Shown here: positions 41,001 to 53,000 of the stretch, piece after piece
Position numbering within the stretch: position 1 is the stretch's first letter
How the letters are laid out: each line of letters opens with the position of its first letter
NCBI GenBank assembly: GCA_013265495.1
Contig: MU063896.1
Span: 16,115,140 to 16,179,139 of the forward strand
DNA length: 64,000 nt
Direction: 5' to 3'
From: Vicugna vicugna
Lineage: Eukaryota
The notes under the pieces: generated by a model
Database searches by the model: none
What the model was told of the DNA's origin: nothing
The model's input: the letters and a program-made list of their open reading frames with translations, nothing else
Made by a program: the position numbers and the translations under genes

Positions 41001-44000
41001 GGAAGCATCGTCTGCTCCTTGACGACGACAGGCCTGCTCTCTCTGGGGGCACTTCTCCCTGCACTGTTCACCGCCATCACTTGGAAGGTGTATTCCTCCC
41101 CTTCAGTGAGATTCTTCACTACACATTCCAGTCCCTTCACTGTTGTGATGTGGGTCCACTGATCAGAGCCTTTCCTTTGGGCTTCAATCACGTAGCCAGT
41201 GATCCTACTGCCACCATCGTGTTTTGGTTTAGGCCATGCCAGGCTGACTGTGCTCTTGGTTATGTCCATAATGTTGAGACTGTCTGGTGGTGATGGTGCT
41301 TCAGAGGCCTTTACAGGCTCCGTGGTTTCTGCTGGCTCCCCGATTCCATATTCGTTTTCTGCCATGACTCTGAAAAAGTATTCACATCCTTCAGACAAGC
41401 CAGTAACTTTATATGTGCACTTGTGGCACTTGGTGGTGACCGTGGAGTAAGATTTCCGTGTTGCTTCTCGTTTCTCCACAATATAGTTTGTGATACGCGA
41501 GCCCCCGTCTATCAGAGGGAGGTCCCAGTGCAGGGTGACACTCTCCTTTGTGACGTCCGTAGGCCTCAGGTTAAGGACGGGTCCTGGTGTATCCAAGACT
41601 CGGACGTTCACGAAGCCACTTTTCTTCCCAGCAGGGTTTTCGATGGTCATCACAAATTTACCGGTGTCATACCTGTTACATTCTGGGATAATCAGGAGAG
41701 TAAATGATTCTGTATTTTCGATGTTAGCTCGGTTTTTAAGGTTGATATCATCTTTGGTCCATGTCACTTCAGGAGCAGGACGACCTTTGATTGGCACGAA
41801 TATTCTAATACTGAGTCCTGCTCTCACGACAAGCGTTCTTCGAAGCTCAGCATCTAGTTCAAAATCAGGAGCCATTTCCCGTTCTACAATTTCAACGTCT
41901 GGAATCACTGCTGGCTCCCCAACACCTGCATCGTTGATGGCACTGATTCTAAAATTGTATTTTTCTTTAGTCTGAAGATCAGGGACAACGAACTGAGTGA
42001 TTCTGAGGGCAGTTCCTGTTGTATCCTTTATCCAGGCATCATCCCCTACTTTTTGATGCTCTACGACATAGCCAGTGATTTCAAGTCCACCATCATAGTG
42101 AGGCTTGCCCCAAGCCAACGAAGCAGATTTCTTGGTAGTATCGGTGACACGTGCATTTGAAGGTGGTCCTGGGGGGTCTGAAAAAGACACAATGACACAA
42201 ATGTGTGAAGAGTTTGGCTTTTGTATAAATTATATAAAATACTGGCACTCCCAAATGAGCTGTGCTGAAAAAGATAAATACTAACATGCCACATCTTTCA
42301 TTAGGACAGGATTTGAAGCCTCACTAGGTGGACCAATTCCTGCTTTGTTCTCTGCACTGACACGGAATTCGTAGGTGTTTCCTTCTTGCAGTCCTGTTAC
42401 TTTGCATCTGAGATCGGAAACTGGCGTCTTTGTTGCTCTCACCCATCGCAAGCCTTTCTTCTCTCTCCTTTCTACATGGTATCCTGTGATCTCACTGCCA
42501 CCATCATCAACTGGTCTTTTCCAGTTGATAGTGGCAGTATTTTTAGTGACATTTGACACATCTGGTTTTCCAGGAGGGCCAGGGGGACCTGAAAAGGAAG
42601 CAAATTTATGAGAAATCTACGATTTTCTCAACTCTGCTGCAAATGTTTACATGTCGGTTCCCTTGCATGCTCTACATACCAAATCTGTCTACCATCTTGA
42701 CAGGTTCAGACTCTACAGGTTCTCCTTTGCCATACTGGTTTACAGCTGAGACTCGGAAGAGGTACTCATTTCCTTGGATAAGTTTGGTTGCCACATGCCT
42801 GCAAGACTGAATATCTTCAGCAACCACTGTCCACAAAAGTCGGCTGGTTTCTCTCTTTTCAAGAATGTAGGACTTAATGGGTGAGCCACCATCTTCCAAG
42901 GGAGGTGTCCATGTAAGTGTTGCTTTCTCAGCAGAAACATTACTGATTTCGATGGGACCTGGGGGACCAGGTACATCGAGGACGGTCACCTTCACATGTT
43001 CCCCCTTTGTGCCAAAAGGATTGGTAGCAGTGATGGTATATTCACCAGCATCTTTTCTAGTGGCATACTTGATAGCGAGCATGGAAGATGTTGGAGTCGA
43101 AGATATCTGAACAATATCTGATGGTCTTATGTCTTTTCCTGCCTTGGACCAAGTTGACTTTGGAAGGGGCTTGCCAAGAATGCTGATGGCACTCAAAACA
43201 ATAGTGTCTCCTGCTTTAACTGTTAGCCCATCTTTTATTGTGGGATCAAGGACAATGGTTGGTGCCTCTGCAAAGAAAAAAATAACTTAATCAGAAAAGG
43301 AAGGAGGCTTACTTTGCTATTTTTTTTTAATGTGCATAAAAAGTAAATAGACTTACCGTATTCATCCTTGCAAATGATGGTTCCTGTACTTTCTGATGGA
43401 GCACTGATAGCCCCTGCTGTATTCTTTGCTCTAATTCTGAATTCATATTTTCCACCCTCGACAAGGTCAGTTACAGTAAAGGCACAGTCTGGGACATTAA
43501 CATGGTTGGCTTTCATCCAAGTCTTAGAGGGAAGATCTCGCTTCTCCACTATGTATCCAGTCAACTTATGACCACCATCATATTTGGGTTCAGTCCAAAT
43601 GAGAGTCACTGAATTCCTTGTTACATTAATAACCTCAGGTTTGCCAGGAGGATCTAAAATAAAGCAAAAAAAAAAAAAAGAGAGAGAGAGACACACAAAA
43701 AACAGTCAAACACAAACCAATGTTTTCTTTATGAAGAAAATACACCTGGGTTTTTCTTGGTATAATGACTCACCAATTGGATCAAGTGCCACAACTGGCT
43801 CTGATGGCAGGCTTGGCTTGCCTACTCCTGCTAAATTGATTGCCATGACTCGGAATTCATATTCTAGACCTTCAGTTAGACCTGTCACTTTGAAGTCTTT
43901 CATCCTAATAGGAGTCTTGTTAGCTCTTTTCCACAAAAGGCTGTTTCTTTCCTTGAATTCGATATGATACCCTACAAAAGACCCAGTGATGTGTCAATTC

Positions 44001-47000
44001 ACATAGAAACTACAAATGTAGCCTGATTTTTAAATATATATATACACACACAAACATATGTATGTTTTTGCCTAAGTAACTTATATATGGACATACGGAA
44101 TAAATAATCATTCTTACTAGAATCTAAACTTTTATTATCTAGTCATAGGGCCATTTTTTTTCTCTTGGAATATACATATTGTACCTTCTGTGGGAAAATT
44201 TTAACTTACAAAAATAGGTATTATTAAGAAAGCCATTACTATTAGGAGGTTTTCATTGAAATTAAGCATTAGCTTAATGTACCAAATGCATAATGTACCA
44301 AAAGGAAAATACATTTTTGTATGTGCAGATAGTGCTATAAATAAGGAGCACACATTCAACTTGTTTTCAGGGAGGAAGATTTGGAAAAAATATTAATGTA
44401 CATGCTATAAGATAAGCACAAACTAAATACCTGTAATTGGAGAGCCACCAGTTTTCCTGGGGTCAGTCCAAGTTAGAGATACGGAATCATGTCTGACATC
44501 CACAATATTGGGAGGTGGGGGAGCATCGGGCACATCTAGGAAAAGGTAGGTAATGCAAGATTTACAATAGGGAACATATTATAAATAAGCCAAAACCATG
44601 TTTTGCTTCATGTTTTTCTGACCTTGAGACACTTACCAAATGGATGTTTAGCAACAATTGGCTCCGATTTCAGGCCCTCTCCTACACCGTATTTATTTTC
44701 CGCACTGACCCTGAAGGTGTATTCCATACCCTCGTGAAGTCTCATTACTCTGAAGGTGGTCTTCTGGACAGCTGAGGCACATGTCACCCACTTATTGTTT
44801 ACAGAATCTCTCTTCTCTAGGATATAGTTGGTGATTTCAGAACCTCCGTCGTCCTTTGGAGGACCCCACTTCAAGGTGATGGCTTNNNNNNNNNNNNNNN
44901 NNNNNNNNNNNNNNNNNNNNNNNNNNNNNNNNNNNNNNNNNNNNNNNNNNNNNNNNNNNNNNNNNNNNNNNNNNNNNNNNNNNNNNNNNNNNNNNNNNNN
45001 NNNNNNNNNNNNNNNNNNNNNNNNNNNNNNNNNTACAAGAGTTGTGTTAACTGCAGATGACTCAACACTGACTCTTGTGTCAGTTGCTAGAGGGTCTTCC
45101 CCTTTCTTCCAGGACACAGATGGTGCTGGCTTGCCTTTTATGGGGATCTTAAGACGGAAGTTGCTGTTTTCTTTTGCCACATAGCACAAATCAGGTAGAT
45201 CCTTCAAGTCAAGGTCAGGAGCCACTGTTAAACAGAGTTATAAGTTACGGTTATTTTTAATGCCAGGCAATTAATTTTTTCAGATCATTACAGTTTTTAA
45301 AGGATTTTTATATAAGCCAGTGAGTAGGGCTCAAGAATGTACTTTTGATGACAAAAGGAAGATGAAGATGATGGCTTAAGGCTTACCAACATCATCCTTT
45401 GCCACAACGCTGATTTCACTTGGGGTCCCTTCTCCATTTTCATTCTCAGCACTCACTCTGAAGGTATATTCCTTCCCTTCAGTCAACTCTTTTGTGGAGT
45501 ACTGTAAGCTTAATGATTTCATAACTCGTTGCCACTTATTTTCTTCAGTCAGGAAATCGACTACATATCCGATAATTCGACTTCCACCATCACTGCGAGG
45601 CTTTTTCCAGGCTATGCTACAAGATGACTTCGTGAGAGAAGTCACTTTCAGATCCACAACTGGTCCAGGGGTTTCTAAAGCAAAGGAGAAATGATAAGTC
45701 CGAGCCCCCGATAACCAAGGTAAATGTCACTCAAAATGAAGGGGTGGTAGCTCGCTTGCTCACCGGAAGCTTTGACGGCATCACGCGTTTCACCAGGATC
45801 ACCAATGCCGTACTCGTTTTCAGCAAACACCCTGAAGAAGTAGGATTTTCCCTCCTCCAAGTTCGAGACTCTGAAGCTTGTTTTTGAGCACTCCGTTGTC
45901 ACGGTAGACCAGGACTTCCTCTCTGCGTCACGTTTTTCTACCACGTAGTTTATGATGGGGCTTCCGCCATCGATAATGGGAGGATCCCAGGTAACATAAG
46001 CAGAATCTTTGGATATTTCCTTGACAGTCACGTTGACAGGTGGCCCAGGAGTATCTGGATAAATAGTGGGTAAATAAGAAATGAATACGTAAAAAGTAAA
46101 TACACTGTCTTTTTAACATACATATGATTGTTTTTCCAAGTAGACTTACCAAGCACTTTCACTACAATGGTATATTCCTTTTTACCACAGCTGTTCTCTA
46201 GAGTCAAGATGTATTTTCCTGCGTCATACTTGTTCACGTTTTCACAGCGCAAGAAAGTGTCAAAGTCAGTTGACTTGATGTCCAGTCCAATCCTTTCTCT
46301 TAGATTGACGTTTGGTTTAGACCAAGTTATCTTGGGAGGTGGACGTCCTTTTACTGGTACGTACAGTCTCATTGTAACTCCAGCACGTAATATGAGTGTT
46401 TTCCTCAAATCAGCATCAAGTTCTCCCTCTGGTGGAACTGTTTAATTTTGGAGTGAAGAAAGTTAAAGTAATAATTTAATGGTCAAATGTATTTCCAAGG
46501 ACTGGCCTGATCACTCCTAAAATAGGTTTCTCTTCCAAAACTGATGTCTACTTCTTTAAAAAATCCTTAATGTAATCTTTAAAACTTTGGCCAACTATTT
46601 CATTACTCTATAGCAATTATCGACCTTTCTACTTTCCAATATTCTATAGGCTGAACTGAGTTTTCCTTGGAGGATCTGCATCTCCTTTTCTCATGAACCT
46701 TACATCCTCTTAAATTATCTGTATATTAAAAGTAGATGATTGGTTCTTGGATTTATTCCAGTGAAGGCACTCTATTACGTACTCTGACTTTCTTTATTTC
46801 ATTGTAGGAAGGAAAGTACAGAGAGCGTGAAGTGTAATACCAAGTAATTCAGAGTAAAAGGAGAAATGGTTAGGGAGAATAAGTGACTAGAAGAAACGGT
46901 GAGAAAGGAAATTAAGATGGAGCACTACCAATTACATACGTACGGACAGGGGTGGATTAGAAGAAAAAATAAAAACCTAAGAATAAGTAGCTCACCACCT

Positions 47001-50000
47001 AGTTAAAAAAATCTTTTTGTTCTCAGACTGAAATTCCTATATTCCACATTCTTTTGAAGACAGGAAATTCTCAGGTAAGAAAAGCATTTCAAAGCCACAG
47101 ATCACCTTGCTTTCCGTTTGGCTTGTTACACAATAAAGTACCAACCCAGCTCTCCTAAAATGCGCCTGTAGAGTTACCAGCCCTAACACTTGTAAGGGTT
47201 GTAAATCTGCGTAAGGGAGTTCTCTACTCCCTCTTAGAAGATGACTGATGGGAAAGCTCTGTACATTTCTCCCAGTAATACTTACTTAAGATGTCCTTGG
47301 GACAGTGTTTATCAGGCACATCACTGGGGTCACTGTAGCCAATCTTATTAACGGCATACACGCGGAACTGATACTCTGTGTTTTCCATTAGGCCAGTGAC
47401 CTCAAAGCGGGTTTTCTGTAACTTCTGTGGTAAATTGCACCTCACCCAGTTATCCGAGTCAGCTCGTTTTACTTCAACAAGGTAGCCAATGATAGGACTA
47501 CCACCGTCATAGGCTGGCTTGCCCCAAGATAGACTCACGGAGCTGCGGGTTGTATCATATACTTTGGGGAAAGCTGGTGGGCCTGGAGGATCTGAGGATA
47601 CATAATAATAGGAAATTTTCATTAAAATCTCATTCCTGATGGTTCAGTGCTGATGATAATACAGGATATGGGATTCTTTCATGAAAACTTACACAGAGGG
47701 TCTTGGGCATACGCAGCTTTGGATGCATCACTGGGTTTGCCTGGTCCAGCCTTATTTATAGCTGTAACTCGGAACTCGTATTCAGTGCCTTCTTGGAGAC
47801 CTGTTGCTTTTATCGTTCTTTCTATAACGGGTTTTCTGTTGACCTTGGTCCAGTTAACTGCCTGGGTTTCCCGCTTCTCAAGCAAATAGCCAGTGATGGG
47901 TGAGCCGCCATCATCTGCTGGTGGTTTCCAGCTTACTGTCATGTGATCTTTGGTTATGTTGCTAATAACAGGAGGATCACAGCGTCCAGGTGGGTCTGCA
48001 GAGATTGATTGAACTGTTACTATCCCAGGCTAAAAGGTAATATCCAAAAAGTGAAATGAAAAACCATAGCAAAACGTTCCTACCGTATGGGTTTTTAGCA
48101 ATTGCTGGTTCAGTTATGATCGGATCGCCCACTCCGTACTTATTTTCAGCACAAATCCGGAACTGATACTCATGGCCCTCTATCAGCTTCTCCACGCTGC
48201 AGCTGGTGATGGGTACAGTAGCAGACACTTGTGCCCAGTTGGGTCTGCTCGTTTCACGTTTGTCAACAATATAGTTGGTGATTTCTGAGCCTCCATCTTC
48301 AAGAGGAGGTTCCCAAGAAAGCATTGCACGATCTGAATACATTTTGTTGATTTTTACGGATGCTGGAGGACCTGGTTTATCTGAAAGGATAAGAAAGGAA
48401 AGTCAAGTCTTTCACTAACACACATGAAATGGGGAAAGTGTAGAGTGGTGGTCTAGAGACCTGGGCTGCCGTCCTTAGATTGTCATTAACCTCCTATACA
48501 ACGTTGGAAGTTACTTAATTTTTCCAAATCTTGATTTCCTCATGTGTAAAATTATGCCCTAGTATATGTGATCTCTAATGGTCTTTTTAGCCGTAAAACG
48601 CTGTTGTTCTGTGATGAGGATAATTCCGTGATTACCTATCTTAATGTATCTTTTGTAATCTTTTCTCACATACTGTTTTGTAAATTCTCTTACATCACAT
48701 TAACCCAGAGTGAAACATGAGATTCTCATTGAATGCTTTAGTTACCTAACACTTTAAGCTTAATGGTGGCCGATTTGGAGCCACTTGCGTTTTCGGCAGT
48801 GATGGTATAGTCCCCTGAGTCTTTTCGGTTCACGCTGAACAGCTCCAGGGTGCACAGATTCCGCTTCATGGCCATCTTGATGCCTTCTGATGGTTTCAGC
48901 GGCGTGCCATCCTTCTTCCAAGAGACTGTGGGCATTGGTTTACCAAAAACAGTGGCATCCAGGCAAACATTAGTGCCAGCTTTCACAGTAAGCAAAGATT
49001 TCATAGCCACACTCAGGTCTATCCTGGGAGGAACTGGAAAGAAGGAAGAGAAAAGGATTTAATATATGCAAAGCTGTATTATATAATTCTTGTTAATAAA
49101 AGTAGGAAATTCACGTGCTCTGTCATTTTCAAGATGGGATTTTTTTTTTGAGTAACATATCCATTACAAAAGAAATACAGGTTTAATGTAGAAATCAGAT
49201 AATGCTGAAAGTATAAAGAAAAAAGTAAACAGCACCTGTCACTTCAACGTCCTTAAAGCTTCACTCTTATCATTCTGGTGCATTTCTTTGTCATCTTTCT
49301 GTGCACGTGTATGGTTAAAATTAGACGGTCCTCACAGATTTGTATACTGCTTTTTAGTTTAACATGTTAAGATTCTCCATAATCATAATTTTTAGTGTCT
49401 GTATATAAAGTACCTATCCTTTTACTTGTCCTTTTTTCCATAGACGTAGATTTATTTTTTTATTAGCACTCATGATGTATATTTCTCCTATCTACCTTGC
49501 CTATAATGTTCAACAGAATCTTACCACTTTCTGCAACGATGGTCACTGGATCCGAAGGTTCAGAAGGCTGGCTGATGTTTACTGCAGTCTTGGCAATTGC
49601 TCTAAATTGATACTGAGCGTTCTCTTCTAAGCCAGTAGCTGTGTACTCTTCCTGGGGAATCTGGTGAGGGGAAGTATTGCACCGTACCCACTTATCACCA
49701 GGAAGTTTGCAAGCTTCTACGAAATAGCCAACAATTTTACTGCCTCCATCATGCTTTGGACGAGCCCAGATGAGGGATACAGTACTCTTGGTAACATCAA
49801 TAACTTCAGGCTTTCCAGGAGGATCTGAAACCAGAAGAGATATTCTCAGCATTTATCTTAACCTTATGTATTTCACAGTACTGCCCAGAACACATTCCTG
49901 AATAGAAGTAGTAACCTTTAGAGATTCCCAAGATTGAAATGTGTCCTCATAATACCCCCCCAAGAAAATTACTCACCAACTGGCATTCTTGCAGTTACAT

Positions 50001-53000
50001 ATTCAGTGGGTTTGCTGGGTGGGCTGGATCCAGCTTTGTTTAGGGCATAGATTCTGAATGAATACTCAAGGCCTTCTACCAAGCCAGCACAGGGGTATTC
50101 AGTTGACCGGACAGGAGTGTCGTTAGCTTTCACCCAGAGCAAACTGTTCCTCTCTTTGCGTTCAATCAGGTAACCGGTAATAGGGCTCCCTCCATCACTG
50201 TCTGGCCTGTCCCATGCCACAAATATGCAGTCTTTGTTGACTTTGGTGACTCGAGCATTCTTTGGCTCACTGGGAACATCTGGAGATGAAGATAAGGGAA
50301 ATGTCAGTTTCTAGTCTTAGTAACAGACTAGAAATAAGATATAATTTTTCTTTCCCTGAAAGAAACATACCAAATGGGAACTTAGCCAGCATCTTTGGAG
50401 ATGTGAGAGGCTCTGAAATGCCAAATCGATTCTCAGCACGGACCCGGAAGACGTACTCTTGGCCAGGGATCAGTTTTCCAACTCTGCAGGAAGTTTTTGT
50501 CACTGAAGCTAGCGCAGTCACCCAGTCCCCTCGGCTTACGTCACATTTCTCCACTATGTAGTTGGTGATGTTACTGCCTCCATCCTCAAGAGGGATGTGC
50601 CATGACAGGGAGCAAGCGTCAGCATCTATGTCAGAAATGTCGAATGGAGGCTGGGGGGGCCCTGGAGCATCTGTGGGAACCCAGGGGAAAGAAACATAAG
50701 AACAGGGGTTTGATGGGAAAACATGTTTCTGATCTGCGTATTTAGATGGCCATTTGTCTAACGCTTAACCTACCCATGACGATAACTTTGATCTTCTGAG
50801 TGTCTGTCCCAGAACTGTTCTCTGCAGTGAGGCTGTAGTAACCGCTGTCTTTCCGAGTAACATCTTTTATGATCAGAACTGAAGAATTGTCTGCTTTATG
50901 CACTGCCAGGTGGCTGGATGTGACAACTTCATCCTCTCCTTTCTTCCATTTACAGATCGGATAAGGCTTTCCATACACATGGGCTTCAATTCGGAGTTTC
51001 TTCCCGGCTTTAATAGTAATTTGCTCTGGCATGAGGATCTTTGGTGGCACTAAAAGTGAAAGGAAAATAATGTTAATTTTGTGGGGAGGTTAAATTTCTT
51101 CTGGTGGGGAACTATACTAGTGTTTTTCAGATTGCTGTTTGCAACCCATTAGTGGGTTCAAATTAATGTCGGCATTTCTGCCAATATTTTTCAAAAAGAA
51201 TGAGATTGAAACAAATGGAAAATATCAGAGTCCAGCATACGTAATCCAGATGGGTGTTGCTTCATGAAACTTCTTTGAGTTACATAATATAGGTGTGTAC
51301 TGTGTCATGATTTGAAATGTATTTACTACATTTCATGGGCCCAAATGTTTCAAAACCCCAGATCGTTACTATATTTCAAGTATTTCTGGGAATAAGATTC
51401 CTCAGGGAGAAATGTCTACATGTCAAAAGAAAATTTCTCGGAAACTTTCATCCCATGATTAAAAATGACTCAGTGACTACTTACACAGCTGTTCTTTGGC
51501 TTCGTAGACTCCTTCAGCTTCTCTTGGCAGACTGAGGCCGACAGCATTTCTGGCCACTACTCTAAATTTGTATTTCTTTCCTTCCTTTAGCCCAGTGACA
51601 ACAAGGCTGAGATCTTTCACCACCGAGTACTCTGTCCAGCGGTCTGCAGGCTGCTCTTCTTCTCTGTAACTAATGATGTAGCCGTCGATTTTAGCACCTC
51701 CGTCGCGCAGGGGAGGTAACCAGGCTAATGCAGCACTGTTTTTGGTCATTTCAGTAACTTCTAGTTTCCTTGGGGGATCCGGCTCACCTAGAAGAAAAAA
51801 GTGATTAAGATAAAACTATCCAGGTAACCGAATCCAATCCCTTTGTAAATATACAGAAATGCTGTAGTATGCCATTTGCTTCAAGGTATATGGGAACTAC
51901 ATACTTTCGCTCGGTATGTTGAACATAAAAAGTACACAATGAAGAGGGGAGGGTAGAGCTTAGTGGTAGAAGCATGTGCTTAGTATTCATGAAGTCCTGA
52001 GTTCAATCCCCAGTACCTCCATTAGGAAAAAAAAAAAAAAGGTACCTGATGAGGCAGATCGAAAAAGTCTTCAGTGAGTGAGTTAGATATTTATTTGTAC
52101 TGTTCATGTTTCTATAAGTTAAGGCCCTTTCAGTAGTGGATTAAAATGTTCAGTATCTTGATTTTGCTGAAGTCGAGGACTAGAGTTAAAAGGAGGAAGA
52201 AAGGATATAACTTACTTAGAGGATCTGAGGCGAGCACTGGTTTGGGGACGTCGGCTGGGACACCGGGGCCATACTCATTGACAGCAGTGACTCGGAAGAA
52301 ATACTCATTCCCAGGGACAAGATTGGTGACGTGGAAGCTCGTTTTCTTAACTTCTGGTGTGACTGTCGCCCACGTCTTTCTGTCTGCCTCACGTTTCTCC
52401 ACAATATAATGCGTCACTTGGCTCCCACCGTCGTTCTCAGGAGGGGCCCAGGACACGTGGCATGATGTTTTAGTGACATCTGAAACTTTTAAATCAGACA
52501 CAGGTCCGGGAGTATCTGTAAAGAACCATAAAATCAGACTCACTATTCTCCGCAGCCTCCTTATTAATTATTAACTAAGGTGTTTTTGAAGGGAAGGAAG
52601 AAGCTTGTTAACCCACCTAATACTCTGACATTCACGAACACAGCCTTTTCCCCTGCTGGGTTCACAAGCGTCAGGGAGTATTTTCCCGAGTCATCTCGGG
52701 TAGAATTGGGGATGACGAGGAAGGCCATAGTGTCAACCAGATCGACTTGTCCCTTTCTGACCACGTTATCAATACCCACTTTTCGCCAAGTGACCTTAGG
52801 GGCTGGTCGCCCTCTCACGATGGCAAATAGTCGAATGGGGCATCCTGCCCTCACCGTGACCAGTTTTCTCATGCTGGCATCCAGATCAATCTCCGGAGGT
52901 TCTGCAAATAACACAAAAGCCATTAGTTGACTTTGGAATGTGGGGAAATCATGTGAGAAGTGAAACACGAGTCAATCAAGTGATAAAATAGGTTCTCACC

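Noticed and set aside
25061-42190. 5709-aa ORF as a stand-alone gene
   Set aside because: Its listed start and stop lie in introns 325 and 326. The real unit is exon 25072-42177 bounded by AG and GT.
50765-50774. Tandem donors GTAGGT at exons 309, 331 and 340
   Set aside because: A common motif. The +4 site would frameshift and nothing in the sequence supports its use.
51946-52020. Functional tRNA-Ala gene
   Set aside because: Substitutions disturb the stems and anticodon arm, and an A-tail follows instead of a T-run terminator, so it is a SINE.
51925-52055. TSD around the tRNA SINE and around the L1 fragment at 3022-3291
   Set aside because: Only degenerate similarity (aaaagtacacaatga versus aaaggtacctgatga), with too many mismatches to call.
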